64,000 nucleotides of DNA. Source: Candidatus Acetothermia bacterium (GTDB taxonomy: Bacteria; Bipolaricaulota; Bipolaricaulia; RBG-16-55-9; DRXL01). The translations under genes were made by a program, and so were the position numbers. The first letter of the stretch is position 1. Every line of letters starts with the position of its first letter. Under the pieces are notes generated by a model, which made no database searches, was not told where the DNA came from, and worked only from the letters and a program-made list of their open reading frames with translations. The DNA lies in contig JACOSB010000019.1 in NCBI GenBank assembly GCA_016179105.1, forward strand, positions 4,115 to 68,114. Direction: 5' to 3'. Of this stretch, positions 56,158 through 64,000 are shown one piece after another.

Positions 56158-57360
56158 ATGGATTCCGGCGGTTCGACAGTTGTGCAGCTCAAAAACCTGA
56201 GAATCGCGATCGCGCGGCCCCCGTTCTCAGACGCGATGGAAATCACGGTCGTACGCCCGATCGTGCACAAAAAACTCGACGACTATAAATACGCAGAGCT
56301 ACTCAAAGAGCGCCTGCGCGAGCGCCATCGCGGCGTGCTCGTTTCGGGTTCGCCCGGCGCGGGCAAGTCGACCTTCGTGCAAGGTATCGCTGACTTCTTG
56401 GAGCAAGCCGGCTGGATTATTAAAACTATGGAAAAACCCCGCGATCTGGAACTGAGCGACGAGATCACCCAATACACCGCGCTCAACGGAGAGATGCGCA
56501 ACACGGCCGACGTGCTCTTGCTCGTCCGCCCCGACTACACAATTTTTGACGAGATGCGCGTCGACGAAGATTTTCGAGTTTTTGCCGATTTGCGCCTCTC
56601 CGGCGTTGGCATGGTCGGCGTTGTGCACGCCACTCGCGGGATTGACGCGGTCCAACGCATGATCGGCCGCGTCGAGCTGGGCATGATCCCTCAAGTTGTC
56701 GACACAGTGATTTTCATCGAAGCGGGCAACGTCAAAGAAGTCTTTGAGATCGAGTTCAAAGTAAAAGTCCCGAGCGGCATGGGCGACGAAGACCTGGCTA
56801 GGCCGGTCATCGAAGTACGCGAGTTTGAATCGAAACAGTTGGTGTTTGAGATCTACAGCTTCGGCGAGCAGATCGTCGTCATGCCTATGAAAGAAGTCGC
56901 TCAAGAAAAACCCGTCTGGAAGCTGGCGGCCCAAGAAATAGAGTATGAGCTGAGCAAACAAGTGCGCGGGGGCGTCCAGGTCGACGTTCGTTCCGATCAC
57001 GAAGCGATTATTTACATAGATGACAGCCAGATTCCGGTCATTTTAGGGCGCGGGGGCAGCCGCATCAAGGAGTTGGAGCAAGAGTTAGGCATCCGGCTCG
57101 ACGTACGTTCTTTTGATGACATGGAAGACACTGTGGGGCTTTCGACGAACGTTGAAGTGAGTGACCGGCATGTCATTGTCGATTTAGACCCCAGCTTGCG
57201 TGGGCGCAATATCGAAATCTTAGTGAACGGCGAGCCGGCGTTTATTGGGAGCGTCTCGCGCACGGGCAGTATCAAATTGGCGCGAGGCAGCGAGCCCGCC
57301 GAGAAGGTGTATGAGGCTTATAAAGCCGGTGAGACGATTCGCGCGCGGCGAGTGAGCTAA
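56158..57360 (+). CDS. P-loop ATPase with C-terminal KH domain (PhoH/PilT-like, COG1855-like)
   Basis: Walker [10 protein letters not shown], Walker B LLLVRPD...FDE, KH motif [14 protein letters not shown]. Confidence 0.6.
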   Translation: MDSGGSTVVQLKNLRIAIARPPFSDAMEITVVRPIVHKKLDDYKYAELLKERLRERHRGVLVSGSPGAGKSTFVQGIADFLEQAGWIIKTMEKPRDLELSDEITQYTALNGEMRNTADVLLLVRPDYTIFDEMRVDEDFRVFADLRLSGVGMVGVVHATRGIDAVQRMIGRVELGMIPQVVDTVIFIEAGNVKEVFEIEFKVKVPSGMGDEDLARPVIEVREFESKQLVFEIYSFGEQIVVMPMKEVAQEKPVWKLAAQEIEYELSKQVRGGVQVDVRSDHEAIIYIDDSQIPVILGRGGSRIKELEQELGIRLDVRSFDDMEDTVGLSTNVEVSDRHVIVDLDPSLRGRNIEILVNGEPAFIGSVSRTGSIKLARGSEPAEKVYEAYKAGETIRARRVS

Positions 57361-57383
57361 GCATTATAGGCTATAGACGCGCT

Positions 57384-57926
57384 TTAAATTCCAACGAGAA
57401 GAAACTCGAAATTGAAGACCCAGCCTCGTGGTAGCGGCGCTTTGGGATTATCCAGCTGGATAATAGCTAATCGCTTGAGTTCAAAAACAACCATAAAAAA
57501 GCGGAAAGGCATCACTCTGAACCCAAAGCCAATCCAACCGATCGCTCGCCAAAACTGGAGGATGCCATTATCAAATTGTAGAAGACCTGTCCCAAAATCT
57601 CCAAATCCATTGACAGAGCCTCCCACAGAAAAAATGAAAAGCAAAGCCGTATCAAAACGAGTCAGAGTCAACGGGGGACCATCCAGGCCAAAACCCCTCC
57701 CTCCGGATACACGAAAATTCATCCCATTGCTCATATAGCCGAACTCAGCGAGAGCTCCTATGGTAATCGCACGAGGCGGTAGTTCGATCGGCTGTGTGCC
57801 TTGGAAAGAGGTCATCGGCAACCACTCGACGTATGCTCCTGTAGCTGTACCAGCGTCGGTTTGAGCCTTAACATTCCAACAGATAAATGTAAGTAATGCG
57901 ATGAACGTCATAACAGTTAGACGCAT
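57384..57926 (-). CDS. Small secreted protein, possibly an outer-membrane beta-barrel (180 aa)
   Basis: AGGGAG RBS; signal peptide MRLTVMTFIALLTFICWNVKA; Gly/aromatic-rich alternating pattern. The longer 267-aa ORF extension is spurious. Confidence 0.45.
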   Translation of the reverse strand: MRLTVMTFIALLTFICWNVKAQTDAGTATGAYVEWLPMTSFQGTQPIELPPRAITIGALAEFGYMSNGMNFRVSGGRGFGLDGPPLTLTRFDTALLFIFSVGGSVNGFGDFGTGLLQFDNGILQFWRAIGWIGFGFRVMPFRFFMVVFELKRLAIIQLDNPKAPLPRGWVFNFEFLLVGI

Positions 57927-57960
57927 TTGCCGCTCCCTTCTTGATCTGCTATGGTAAACT

Positions 57961-59784
57961 GTGGAATACAGAAAAGTCAAAGAGTTGGACGCGCATCTGA
58001 TTAACAAAATTGCGGCGGGCGAAGTCATCGAGCGCCCCGCGTCCATCGCGAAAGAGCTGATCGAGAACGCTCTCGACGCGGGGAGCAGCGCCATCGAAAT
58101 TTTAGTAGAAGCCGGGGGCGTCGCGCGCCTCAGCGTGGCTGACGATGGGAGTGGCATCGCGCGCGACGATATTCTCATTGCGGTCAAACGTCATACGACG
58201 AGCAAGATTTCGAGCGAAGACGATCTCTTCCAGATTCGCACGCTCGGTTTTCGCGGCGAGGCACTCGCGAGCATCGTTGAAGTTGCAAAAACAACGATCA
58301 CGACATGGACAGAACAAGACTCTGAAGGAACGCAAGTGATCATCGAAGGCGGGAATGTCTCCTCGGTCAAAGCAGCCGCCAGAGCCCGCGGCACCACGGT
58401 CGATGTGCGTGATCTCTTCTTCAACACACCCGCCCGGCGCAAATTTCTCAAGAGCGACAAGACCGAATTTTTTCATATTTTGCGCGTGGTCAAGCGCTTT
58501 GTGCTCTCTCACTCGAACGTGCACTTCAGGCTCTTTCACAATGGGAAATCGGTCTTAAATTCTCCGCCAAGTCTTGAGCTACGACAGACCGTGGCGAGCC
58601 TCTACGGCGCAGAGTTAGCTCGCTCACTGCTCGAAGTCAGCTCGGAGCGAGAAGGTCTCCGGGTGAGCGGGTTGGTCAGTCCGCCGAGCAGCTCGCGCTC
58701 TGATCGCAGCGACCAGTTTATCTTTGTGAACCGTCGCTTCGTGAAAGACAGCGCGATCAACTACGCGATCGGCAAATCCTATGAAAATCTTCTGAAAGCC
58801 AATCAACATCCGATCGTTTTTTTGTTCATCGAAATCGATCCAAGTATTGTGGACGTGAACGTGCATCCCAAGAAAGAAGAAGTGCGCTTTGCTGACCCCG
58901 TGAGCGTCCAAGCCGAGGTCAAACGAGCGATCACGAACGCGCTCGCTTCTCCCCAGGCTGTGCCGCGCTTCGAGACAAAGATTTCATCTTCCCTACAAAC
59001 GGGACCCCAGTTGCAGCCTCCGGCTCATTCAGTTGCTTCGCCGACAAAACTTGGGCCGAGTTCGTGGCAGTCGCGACCATCGATGCCCGCGCCGCCACCC
59101 GGAGCGGTGGCGAAGATTCGACAGCTCGATCTCCGCCAAGAGATCATCGATGCGCAAAAATCTTATGCTCAACTACAAGCGCCGGGCGCTCCGTCGGAAA
59201 ACGTTCGCATCGTCGGGCAAGTGCATGGCACCTATATCATCGTCGAGACCCAACAGGGCTTCGAGATCATCGATCAACACGTCGCACACGAAAGAATCTT
59301 GTATGAAAAATTTTTGGAACAGATGAGCGCGGGGCGAATCGCGCGCCAGCGCTTACTCATCCCGATCACGATCGAGTTGCCGCCCGACCAAGCGCAGTTG
59401 CTCGCTCAGCACGTGCAAATGCTCGATGAGAAACTGGGCATCGGACTCGAGTATTTTGGCGGCAGCTCTTTTGTGCTAAGAGACTGGCCGCAAGTTTTGA
59501 GTGACTCTTTGACCAAAGATGAGTTCAAGAGCACGATTGGACATATACTCCAAGCCTTGGAGCAAGAAGATAGTATCTCTTTGGAAGAATTAGCCAAGCA
59601 CGTAGCCGCGAGCTTTGCTTGTGAGTCTGCCGTGGTGAAAAATAGTCCCTTGCGCCCTGAAGAAATGATTTCTCTGGTACGCCAACTCAAGCAAGTGAAA
59701 AATCCCAACACGTGTCCGCATGGGCGGCCTATTGTTATTTCCTACTCTGTCGAAGATTTAGAGAAAAAATTCGGGCGTCGGTGA
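57961..59784 (+). CDS. mutL: DNA mismatch repair protein MutL
   Basis: GTG start. GHKL ATPase motifs (IAAGEVIERPASIAKELIENALDAG; DDGSGI; LGFRGEAL). C-terminal dimerisation region. Confidence 0.9.
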   Translation: MEYRKVKELDAHLINKIAAGEVIERPASIAKELIENALDAGSSAIEILVEAGGVARLSVADDGSGIARDDILIAVKRHTTSKISSEDDLFQIRTLGFRGEALASIVEVAKTTITTWTEQDSEGTQVIIEGGNVSSVKAAARARGTTVDVRDLFFNTPARRKFLKSDKTEFFHILRVVKRFVLSHSNVHFRLFHNGKSVLNSPPSLELRQTVASLYGAELARSLLEVSSEREGLRVSGLVSPPSSSRSDRSDQFIFVNRRFVKDSAINYAIGKSYENLLKANQHPIVFLFIEIDPSIVDVNVHPKKEEVRFADPVSVQAEVKRAITNALASPQAVPRFETKISSSLQTGPQLQPPAHSVASPTKLGPSSWQSRPSMPAPPPGAVAKIRQLDLRQEIIDAQKSYAQLQAPGAPSENVRIVGQVHGTYIIVETQQGFEIIDQHVAHERILYEKFLEQMSAGRIARQRLLIPITIELPPDQAQLLAQHVQMLDEKLGIGLEYFGGSSFVLRDWPQVLSDSLTKDEFKSTIGHILQALEQEDSISLEELAKHVAASFACESAVVKNSPLRPEEMISLVRQLKQVKNPNTCPHGRPIVISYSVEDLEKKFGRR

Positions 59785-59806
59785 GAGCGCCCCTGCGAGT
59801 ATTTAG

Positions 59807-59834
59807 TAGGGGCGCAGCATGCTGCGCCCCTACA
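59807..59834. repeat. REP-like palindrome gtaggggcgcaGCATGCtgcgcccctac between convergent mutL and the downstream gene
   Basis: Perfect inverted repeat. Confidence 0.75.
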
Positions 59835-59838
59835 AGTC

Positions 59839-60711
59839 TTATTTCTTGGGCGGAGCCCCCAGTCCCTCAAACGTCGTGCTTCCGGTCAGCGAGGCACTGC
59901 CAAAGCCCTCCGGCGTCCAAGAGAAGCTACCATCCAAATCGAACCGATCCAGCTTGGTAGAGACACCTACGTCGAGGCTCATCCAGCCTTTCTTGCCAAA
60001 GGTCTTGGAGACACTCCAATCGTACTTATCGTACTTGCCACTCACGGTGAGCGTATCCGACGCAAACCCTTCGCCGGTATAGACCGTGTGACGCGAGAGC
60101 GAGAGCCCTTCGACCGCCGTACTCATATCCCAGGTCGACTTGAAAGACCCCGACTGACTCACCTCGGTCGTCTCCGAGACAGAAACCCCCGAGATCGTCC
60201 CGCTCAGCGTGACAACTTCTTTCTGGAAGCCAGCCAAATTAAACGTCGTGGCGCTGGAGAGCCCGACCCCATCTTTGGTCGTAGTGCCGACTTTGAGCGT
60301 TTCCCCATTAAGCTCAAACTTGCTCAGATCCATGGCGACACTCGTCACCGTGACGCTGGTGAAGTCCCAGGCTCCCAGCTTCGTTGCGACGGTCAACTTG
60401 TTCTTGACAGGATTCTTGAAGTCGAGGCTGACCTCATCGCTGACGTTGTAATCACCGGTTTTACCGCTCACTTTAAGCTTCTCCTCGACCAGAGCGAACG
60501 CAAACGAGCACGTCGTGCTACTGGAGAGTTTCCATCCATTCATCGTCGTGCTCACAATCGCAGTGACCGATGAGTCCGCGAGCGAGAACCCATCCTTCCC
60601 GATCGAGGCCGTCACCGAGAGAGTGAGATCAAACCCCTCTGCTCGCGCCACAACCGCACCGCTCCACCCCATCCATACCACGACCAACAACGCAAAAAGT
60701 TTTCTAGACAT
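59839..60711 (-). CDS. Secreted Ser/Thr-rich hypothetical protein (290 aa)
   Basis: Signal peptide MSRKLFALLVVVWMGWSGAVVARA; compositionally biased; no family recognised. Confidence 0.5.
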   Translation of the reverse strand: MSRKLFALLVVVWMGWSGAVVARAEGFDLTLSVTASIGKDGFSLADSSVTAIVSTTMNGWKLSSSTTCSFAFALVEEKLKVSGKTGDYNVSDEVSLDFKNPVKNKLTVATKLGAWDFTSVTVTSVAMDLSKFELNGETLKVGTTTKDGVGLSSATTFNLAGFQKEVVTLSGTISGVSVSETTEVSQSGSFKSTWDMSTAVEGLSLSRHTVYTGEGFASDTLTVSGKYDKYDWSVSKTFGKKGWMSLDVGVSTKLDRFDLDGSFSWTPEGFGSASLTGSTTFEGLGAPPKK

Positions 60712-60854
60712 TGACCTCTACCGCCTCCTTTCGTCCGTAAAATAGTCTAAATCCCTCGGGAAAGTCAAATCGGTGATGTAGATTACACTGGAGGCAAGCT
60801 TTTCGTGTACAATAGAGGGCTGGCGGGGGTAGCAGAGGAGGCAGCGAACCAGAC

Positions 60855-61955
60855 GTGAGCTCGGGCACCCGTTACGAACTTGCTACCCGCAGGAAAGAAA
60901 CCTCACTGCGCTTCCGTTGGCGCTGGTACGACACACTTTGTCTTTTCTTACCCTTCGGTTGGCTCATCTTACTCAACCGTCACTGGAATGCCTACCATAA
61001 ATCTGTGCTTCGACCGGCATGGGCTTGGTACGAGTTTTTTTTCTTTCTGATTCCCGGAGGATTCTATCTTAGTATGGGGCTACGCGCCGTGCGTGAGCGC
61101 TTGGCTCGCTCGCCGATGCCCGCGCAGTTGCCAACTTCTTGCGTGCTCTGTGGAGCAAACTGTATCGAAGACTTGACTCCGGTAAGAGAGTATCCGAAAC
61201 GCTGGAGCGAAGAGCTTATCAATGTGATGGGAGAGCGCTATTTCCGCGCAGAGTACCACGGGCTCGAAAAGATTCCAACCCACGGGCCTGTGGTCATGAT
61301 GATGAACCACGCGGGAATGGCTTTCCCTTGGGATTTTATGGTCTTGGGCGCCAAGCTCTACGAACGCTTCGGCAGCGATCCAGGCTTTGTCCTAAAAGCG
61401 CCGGGCGAAAAAGCCTTCACGCGCAATAGGATTCTCAATTATGCCTTCCCGCAAGGCTGGACGGGCACACTCGGCGGCGTGGAAGCCACGTATGCGAATT
61501 TTGAGAAAATTATCGAACACAAGCACCCCGCGCTCTATGCACCCGAAGGGGCTAAGGGCATGGGCAAAGGGTTTCACAAGCGCTACCAGCTCCAACACTT
61601 TCACACGAGCTTCTTGCGCCTGGCAGCACAGTATAACGTTCCCTTGGTTCCCATTGTCTGCATCGGCAACGAATATCTACATCCTTATTCGTACGATGTC
61701 AAATGGCTGGCCAAGCTCTTAAAATTCCCGTTCTTCGGGGTCTCTCCGTTCTCGATCTGGCTCTTGCTCTTCCCCTCGATGCTGCCCTGGTCGTTGCCGG
61801 CCAAACTGCGCTACTATGTCTTCGATCCAGTGCAGTTACCCGAACAAGATTATTCACGCTTCACGGACGAAGATTGGCAGAAGTTGGCAGATAGTTTCAG
61901 GGCTGATATGCAGAAGAAGATTGATGCGCTTTTGGTCTCTCCGGCTAGAGCTTAA
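60855..61955 (+). CDS. Lysophospholipid acyltransferase (PlsC/LPLAT superfamily) with N-terminal membrane anchor
   Basis: NHAGMAFPWD (H-x4/5-D-like) and PEGAKG (PEGTR-like) motifs. Confidence 0.55.
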   Translation: MSSGTRYELATRRKETSLRFRWRWYDTLCLFLPFGWLILLNRHWNAYHKSVLRPAWAWYEFFFFLIPGGFYLSMGLRAVRERLARSPMPAQLPTSCVLCGANCIEDLTPVREYPKRWSEELINVMGERYFRAEYHGLEKIPTHGPVVMMMNHAGMAFPWDFMVLGAKLYERFGSDPGFVLKAPGEKAFTRNRILNYAFPQGWTGTLGGVEATYANFEKIIEHKHPALYAPEGAKGMGKGFHKRYQLQHFHTSFLRLAAQYNVPLVPIVCIGNEYLHPYSYDVKWLAKLLKFPFFGVSPFSIWLLLFPSMLPWSLPAKLRYYVFDPVQLPEQDYSRFTDEDWQKLADSFRADMQKKIDALLVSPARA

Positions 61956-62368
61956 CGCACCCAGAACATTTCGATTTCACCCTGAGTTTCCAAAGGTGCA
62001 AGCTCGTGACGATCGCAAGAGATCAACTTAGCTTTTTGTGATCGAGCGAGCCCCACGGCAAACGCATCGGCGTAGGAGAGACGATAAGTCGCTTTGAGGC
62101 GTCCTACTTCTTTGAACAGTTCAAACGAGATGCGATCTTTGAGAGTAATCGGATATCCTCGCACATCGCTCAGTACTAATTCTGCTTTGGCTTTTCCTTC
62201 TCTTTCCCAAAAGATATAATAAACTTCGCCGAGTTGAACCTGGTGAAGGTAAAGATGAATTTGATCGTCAGTTGCTTGTCGTAATAGCTCTCTTACCTTC
62301 GTTCCCCCAGGCTCTCCGTTGAAGTATGCAATCAGAGCGCTGGAGTCAAGCACATAGATTTCTGGCAT
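61952..62368 (-). CDS. vapC: VapC PIN-domain toxin
   Basis: MPEIYVLDSSALIAYF... PIN acidic residues; 138 aa. Confidence 0.8.
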   Translation of the reverse strand: MPEIYVLDSSALIAYFNGEPGGTKVRELLRQATDDQIHLYLHQVQLGEVYYIFWEREGKAKAELVLSDVRGYPITLKDRISFELFKEVGRLKATYRLSYADAFAVGLARSQKAKLISCDRHELAPLETQGEIEMFWVR

Positions 62369-62378
62369 CGTGGCGAAC

Positions 62379-62654
62379 TTACATTCCTTCCTCTAGTTCG
62401 ATTTCCTCTTGCTTCATTCGTAGAAGCTCATCGACGCTAAGTATCCCCTTGTATTTTCCCAATCCTTCTTCGATGGCTTGGAGTTGAGCTTGGCGTTTTT
62501 TGTCAAGCGTCGACGTACGAATACTCTTTTTAACTGGAACGAACTTCGCCACCGGCACTCCTCGGACAGTGACAACGACTTCCTTCCCTTCGCGTACTCG
62601 TTTTAGGACCTGCCCGGTTTTGTTCTTCAGTTCCTTGGCTGTCACAATCGTCAT
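62379..62654 (-). CDS. Phd/YefM-type antitoxin (VapB-like partner)
   Basis: MTIVTAKELKNKTGQVLKRVREGKEVVVTVRGVPVAKFVP; lies 10 nt upstream of vapC. Confidence 0.75.
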   Translation of the reverse strand: MTIVTAKELKNKTGQVLKRVREGKEVVVTVRGVPVAKFVPVKKSIRTSTLDKKRQAQLQAIEEGLGKYKGILSVDELLRMKQEEIELEEGM

Positions 62655-62801
62655 AAAAGCCTCCTCTCTTAACTTACTAAAGTAGCTACTAGCTATTTTA
62701 CGGAATCAGTTTTTGTCGAACAAGCCCAGGAAAGTTGGTGCAAAAAATAACAAGGGAGACCGAAGTCTCCCTTGTTCACTGATTTTCTAGCTTGGCTGCG
62801 A

Positions 62802-64000
62802 TTACTTGCAGCTGACAGCCTTGTTCGGATCAGGTTGGTTTATATCAACATCGCACAGCTTATCATCGCTGATCTTGCCGTTCTTGATGCTCCACACACC
62901 GACAGGACCAGAGACGTCGCCGTTGTTGTCGAAGTTGACATCGCCGGACGCGCCCTCGTAGTTGATGTCCTTGCCCGCGAGGATCAAATCGCGAGCCTTC
63001 TTCCACTCGTTCACCGTGACAACATCTCCTGGCGGGTTGGCCACGAAGCGCAGCTGGTTGCGGATATTCTCGCCGTTGACCGGCTGGCCCAGCTGTTGGA
63101 CCTTGAGGGCGGCTAGAGCAACAAGGTAGGCGGAGTCATAGGCGTTAGCGGAGAAGATGAACGGCTCCTCGCCCGGCAGCTTGGCCTTATAGAGCTTCGT
63201 ATACTCTGTGAAGCCCGCGCTCGGCTTGCTGCCCGGACCTGTGCCGATCTTGTTCTCCAAAAGCTTCGGATCGATGACCTTGGCCAAGCGGTTGACCAAA
63301 TCTTGATCTTTTGTGCCATCGGTGAAGCCGTCGAAGTTCGTCGCGCCGGCCTTGACCATCTGAGTGATGAGTCCCTCAGCCTCTTGGAAGCTGATGATGG
63401 AGATGGCATCGGGCTTATCCTTAGTGGCCTGAGTGATCTGGCCGGAGAAGTCCGTCGTGCCATCTTCATAGGCTGCGAGTGCCAAGACGGTTCCGCCGAG
63501 CTTCTTGAAGTTGTCCGAAGTCACCTGGGCGAGACCACCGCCGTAAGCATCGTTACGATAGATGATCGAGAGCTTGCGGTAGCCCTTGTCGAAGAGGGCT
63601 TTCGCCAAGACTACGCCCTGGAGCGCATCGCTCGGGGCGGTGCGGAAGACGAAATCGTTATCTTGCAATGTGGTGATGCGCGGGCTGGTGCCGGACGGAG
63701 AGATCATGACGACCTTAGCCGGAACGGTGACTGCGCTCGCCGGAATCGTCGCGCCGCTGGAGCAGTGGCCCAAGATGGCCGGAACCTTGGCGTTGTTGAC
63801 GAGGTCCGTGTCAACTTGGACAGCTTGCTGCGCATTCGTCGCGTCGTCGCGGATGACGTAGCTGAACTTGCCGCCGCCGTTGAGACCGCCGTTACCGTTG
63901 ATATTTTCCGCAGCGATGTTGCTCGCGGTGAGGAAGCGGGCGCCGAAGTCAGAGAGCGCGCCTGTCAGACAGTACGCCGCACCGATCGCGACATCGCCCT
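62802..64000 (-). CDS. ABC transporter substrate-binding protein, PBP1 (LivK-like), 5' end beyond window
   Basis: LivJ/K-like pattern. The open frame continues to the window edge, so the gene is truncated by the window. Confidence 0.65.
   Translation of the reverse strand, partial: GDVAIGAAYCLTGALSDFGARFLTASNIAAENINGNGGLNGGGKFSYVIRDDATNAQQAVQVDTDLVNNAKVPAILGHCSSGATIPASAVTVPAKVVMISPSGTSPRITTLQDNDFVFRTAPSDALQGVVLAKALFDKGYRKLSIIYRNDAYGGGLAQVTSDNFKKLGGTVLALAAYEDGTTDFSGQITQATKDKPDAISIISFQEAEGLITQMVKAGATNFDGFTDGTKDQDLVNRLAKVIDPKLLENKIGTGPGSKPSAGFTEYTKLYKAKLPGEEPFIFSANAYDSAYLVALAALKVQQLGQPVNGENIRNQLRFVANPPGDVVTVNEWKKARDLILAGKDINYEGASGDVNFDNNGDVSGPVGVWSIKNGKISDDKLCDVDINQPDPNKAVSCK

Noticed and set aside
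57384-58187. 267-aa minus-strand ORF overlapping the mutL start
   Set aside because: Only the last 180 aa (from MRLTVMTF..., RBS AGGGAG) look real. The N-terminal extension is low-complexity and overlaps mutL.

Overview
This is a GC-rich bacterial chromosomal segment. Core housekeeping genes are interspersed with accessory material. I found no rRNA, tRNA or CRISPR array.

Housekeeping genes identified: rimP-nusA, murJ, rplI, folP, yceD, ruvC-polA, greA, prsW, gcvH-gcvPA-gcvPB, prfA (RF1) and mutL. There is also a PlsC-like acyltransferase and two PBP1-type ABC binding proteins.

Accessory and notable content:
- A DUF433/DUF5615 gene pair bracketed by perfect 93-bp direct repeats, next to a DUF4258 remnant and a DUF2283 gene.
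- Two very large secreted proteins: a BNR/Asp-box protein with a T9SS/FlgD-Ig-like C-terminal domain, and a 1500-aa CARDB + 11xPKD + LamG protein. An MMPL/RND-like transporter lies between nusA and the PKD protein.
- A visibly AT-richer islet encoding a standalone SIR2_2-family protein, a HicB-like protein and a small unknown protein. I rate this the strongest candidate for a novel defence or toxin-antitoxin-like module.
- A urate-catabolism cluster (uricase, HIU hydrolase, OHCU decarboxylase, allantoicase, allantoinase) with a pentapeptide-repeat gene. A second nearby block holds an 8-oxoguanine deaminase, an unknown TIM-barrel protein and a DUF606 transporter.
- HepT/MNT and another nucleotidyltransferase pair, a VapBC pair, and an IS5-family insertion (TA duplication) that splits a hotdog thioesterase gene.
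- A three-member paralogous family of secreted proteins flanking greA. They share a module ending in an extraordinary Phe/Pro-rich hydrophobic low-complexity segment.
- A consensus sigma70 promoter driving an apparently non-coding ~330-nt transcript upstream of greA.
- A family of 28-bp GTAGGGGCG...CGCCCCTAC palindromes (REP-like) at five or more gene ends.
- A recurring triple CTTGGCG repeat inside two operons.
- A T5-run frameshift splitting a YVTN beta-propeller gene.
- A PIN / ATPase-KH gene pair separated only by an in-frame TAG.
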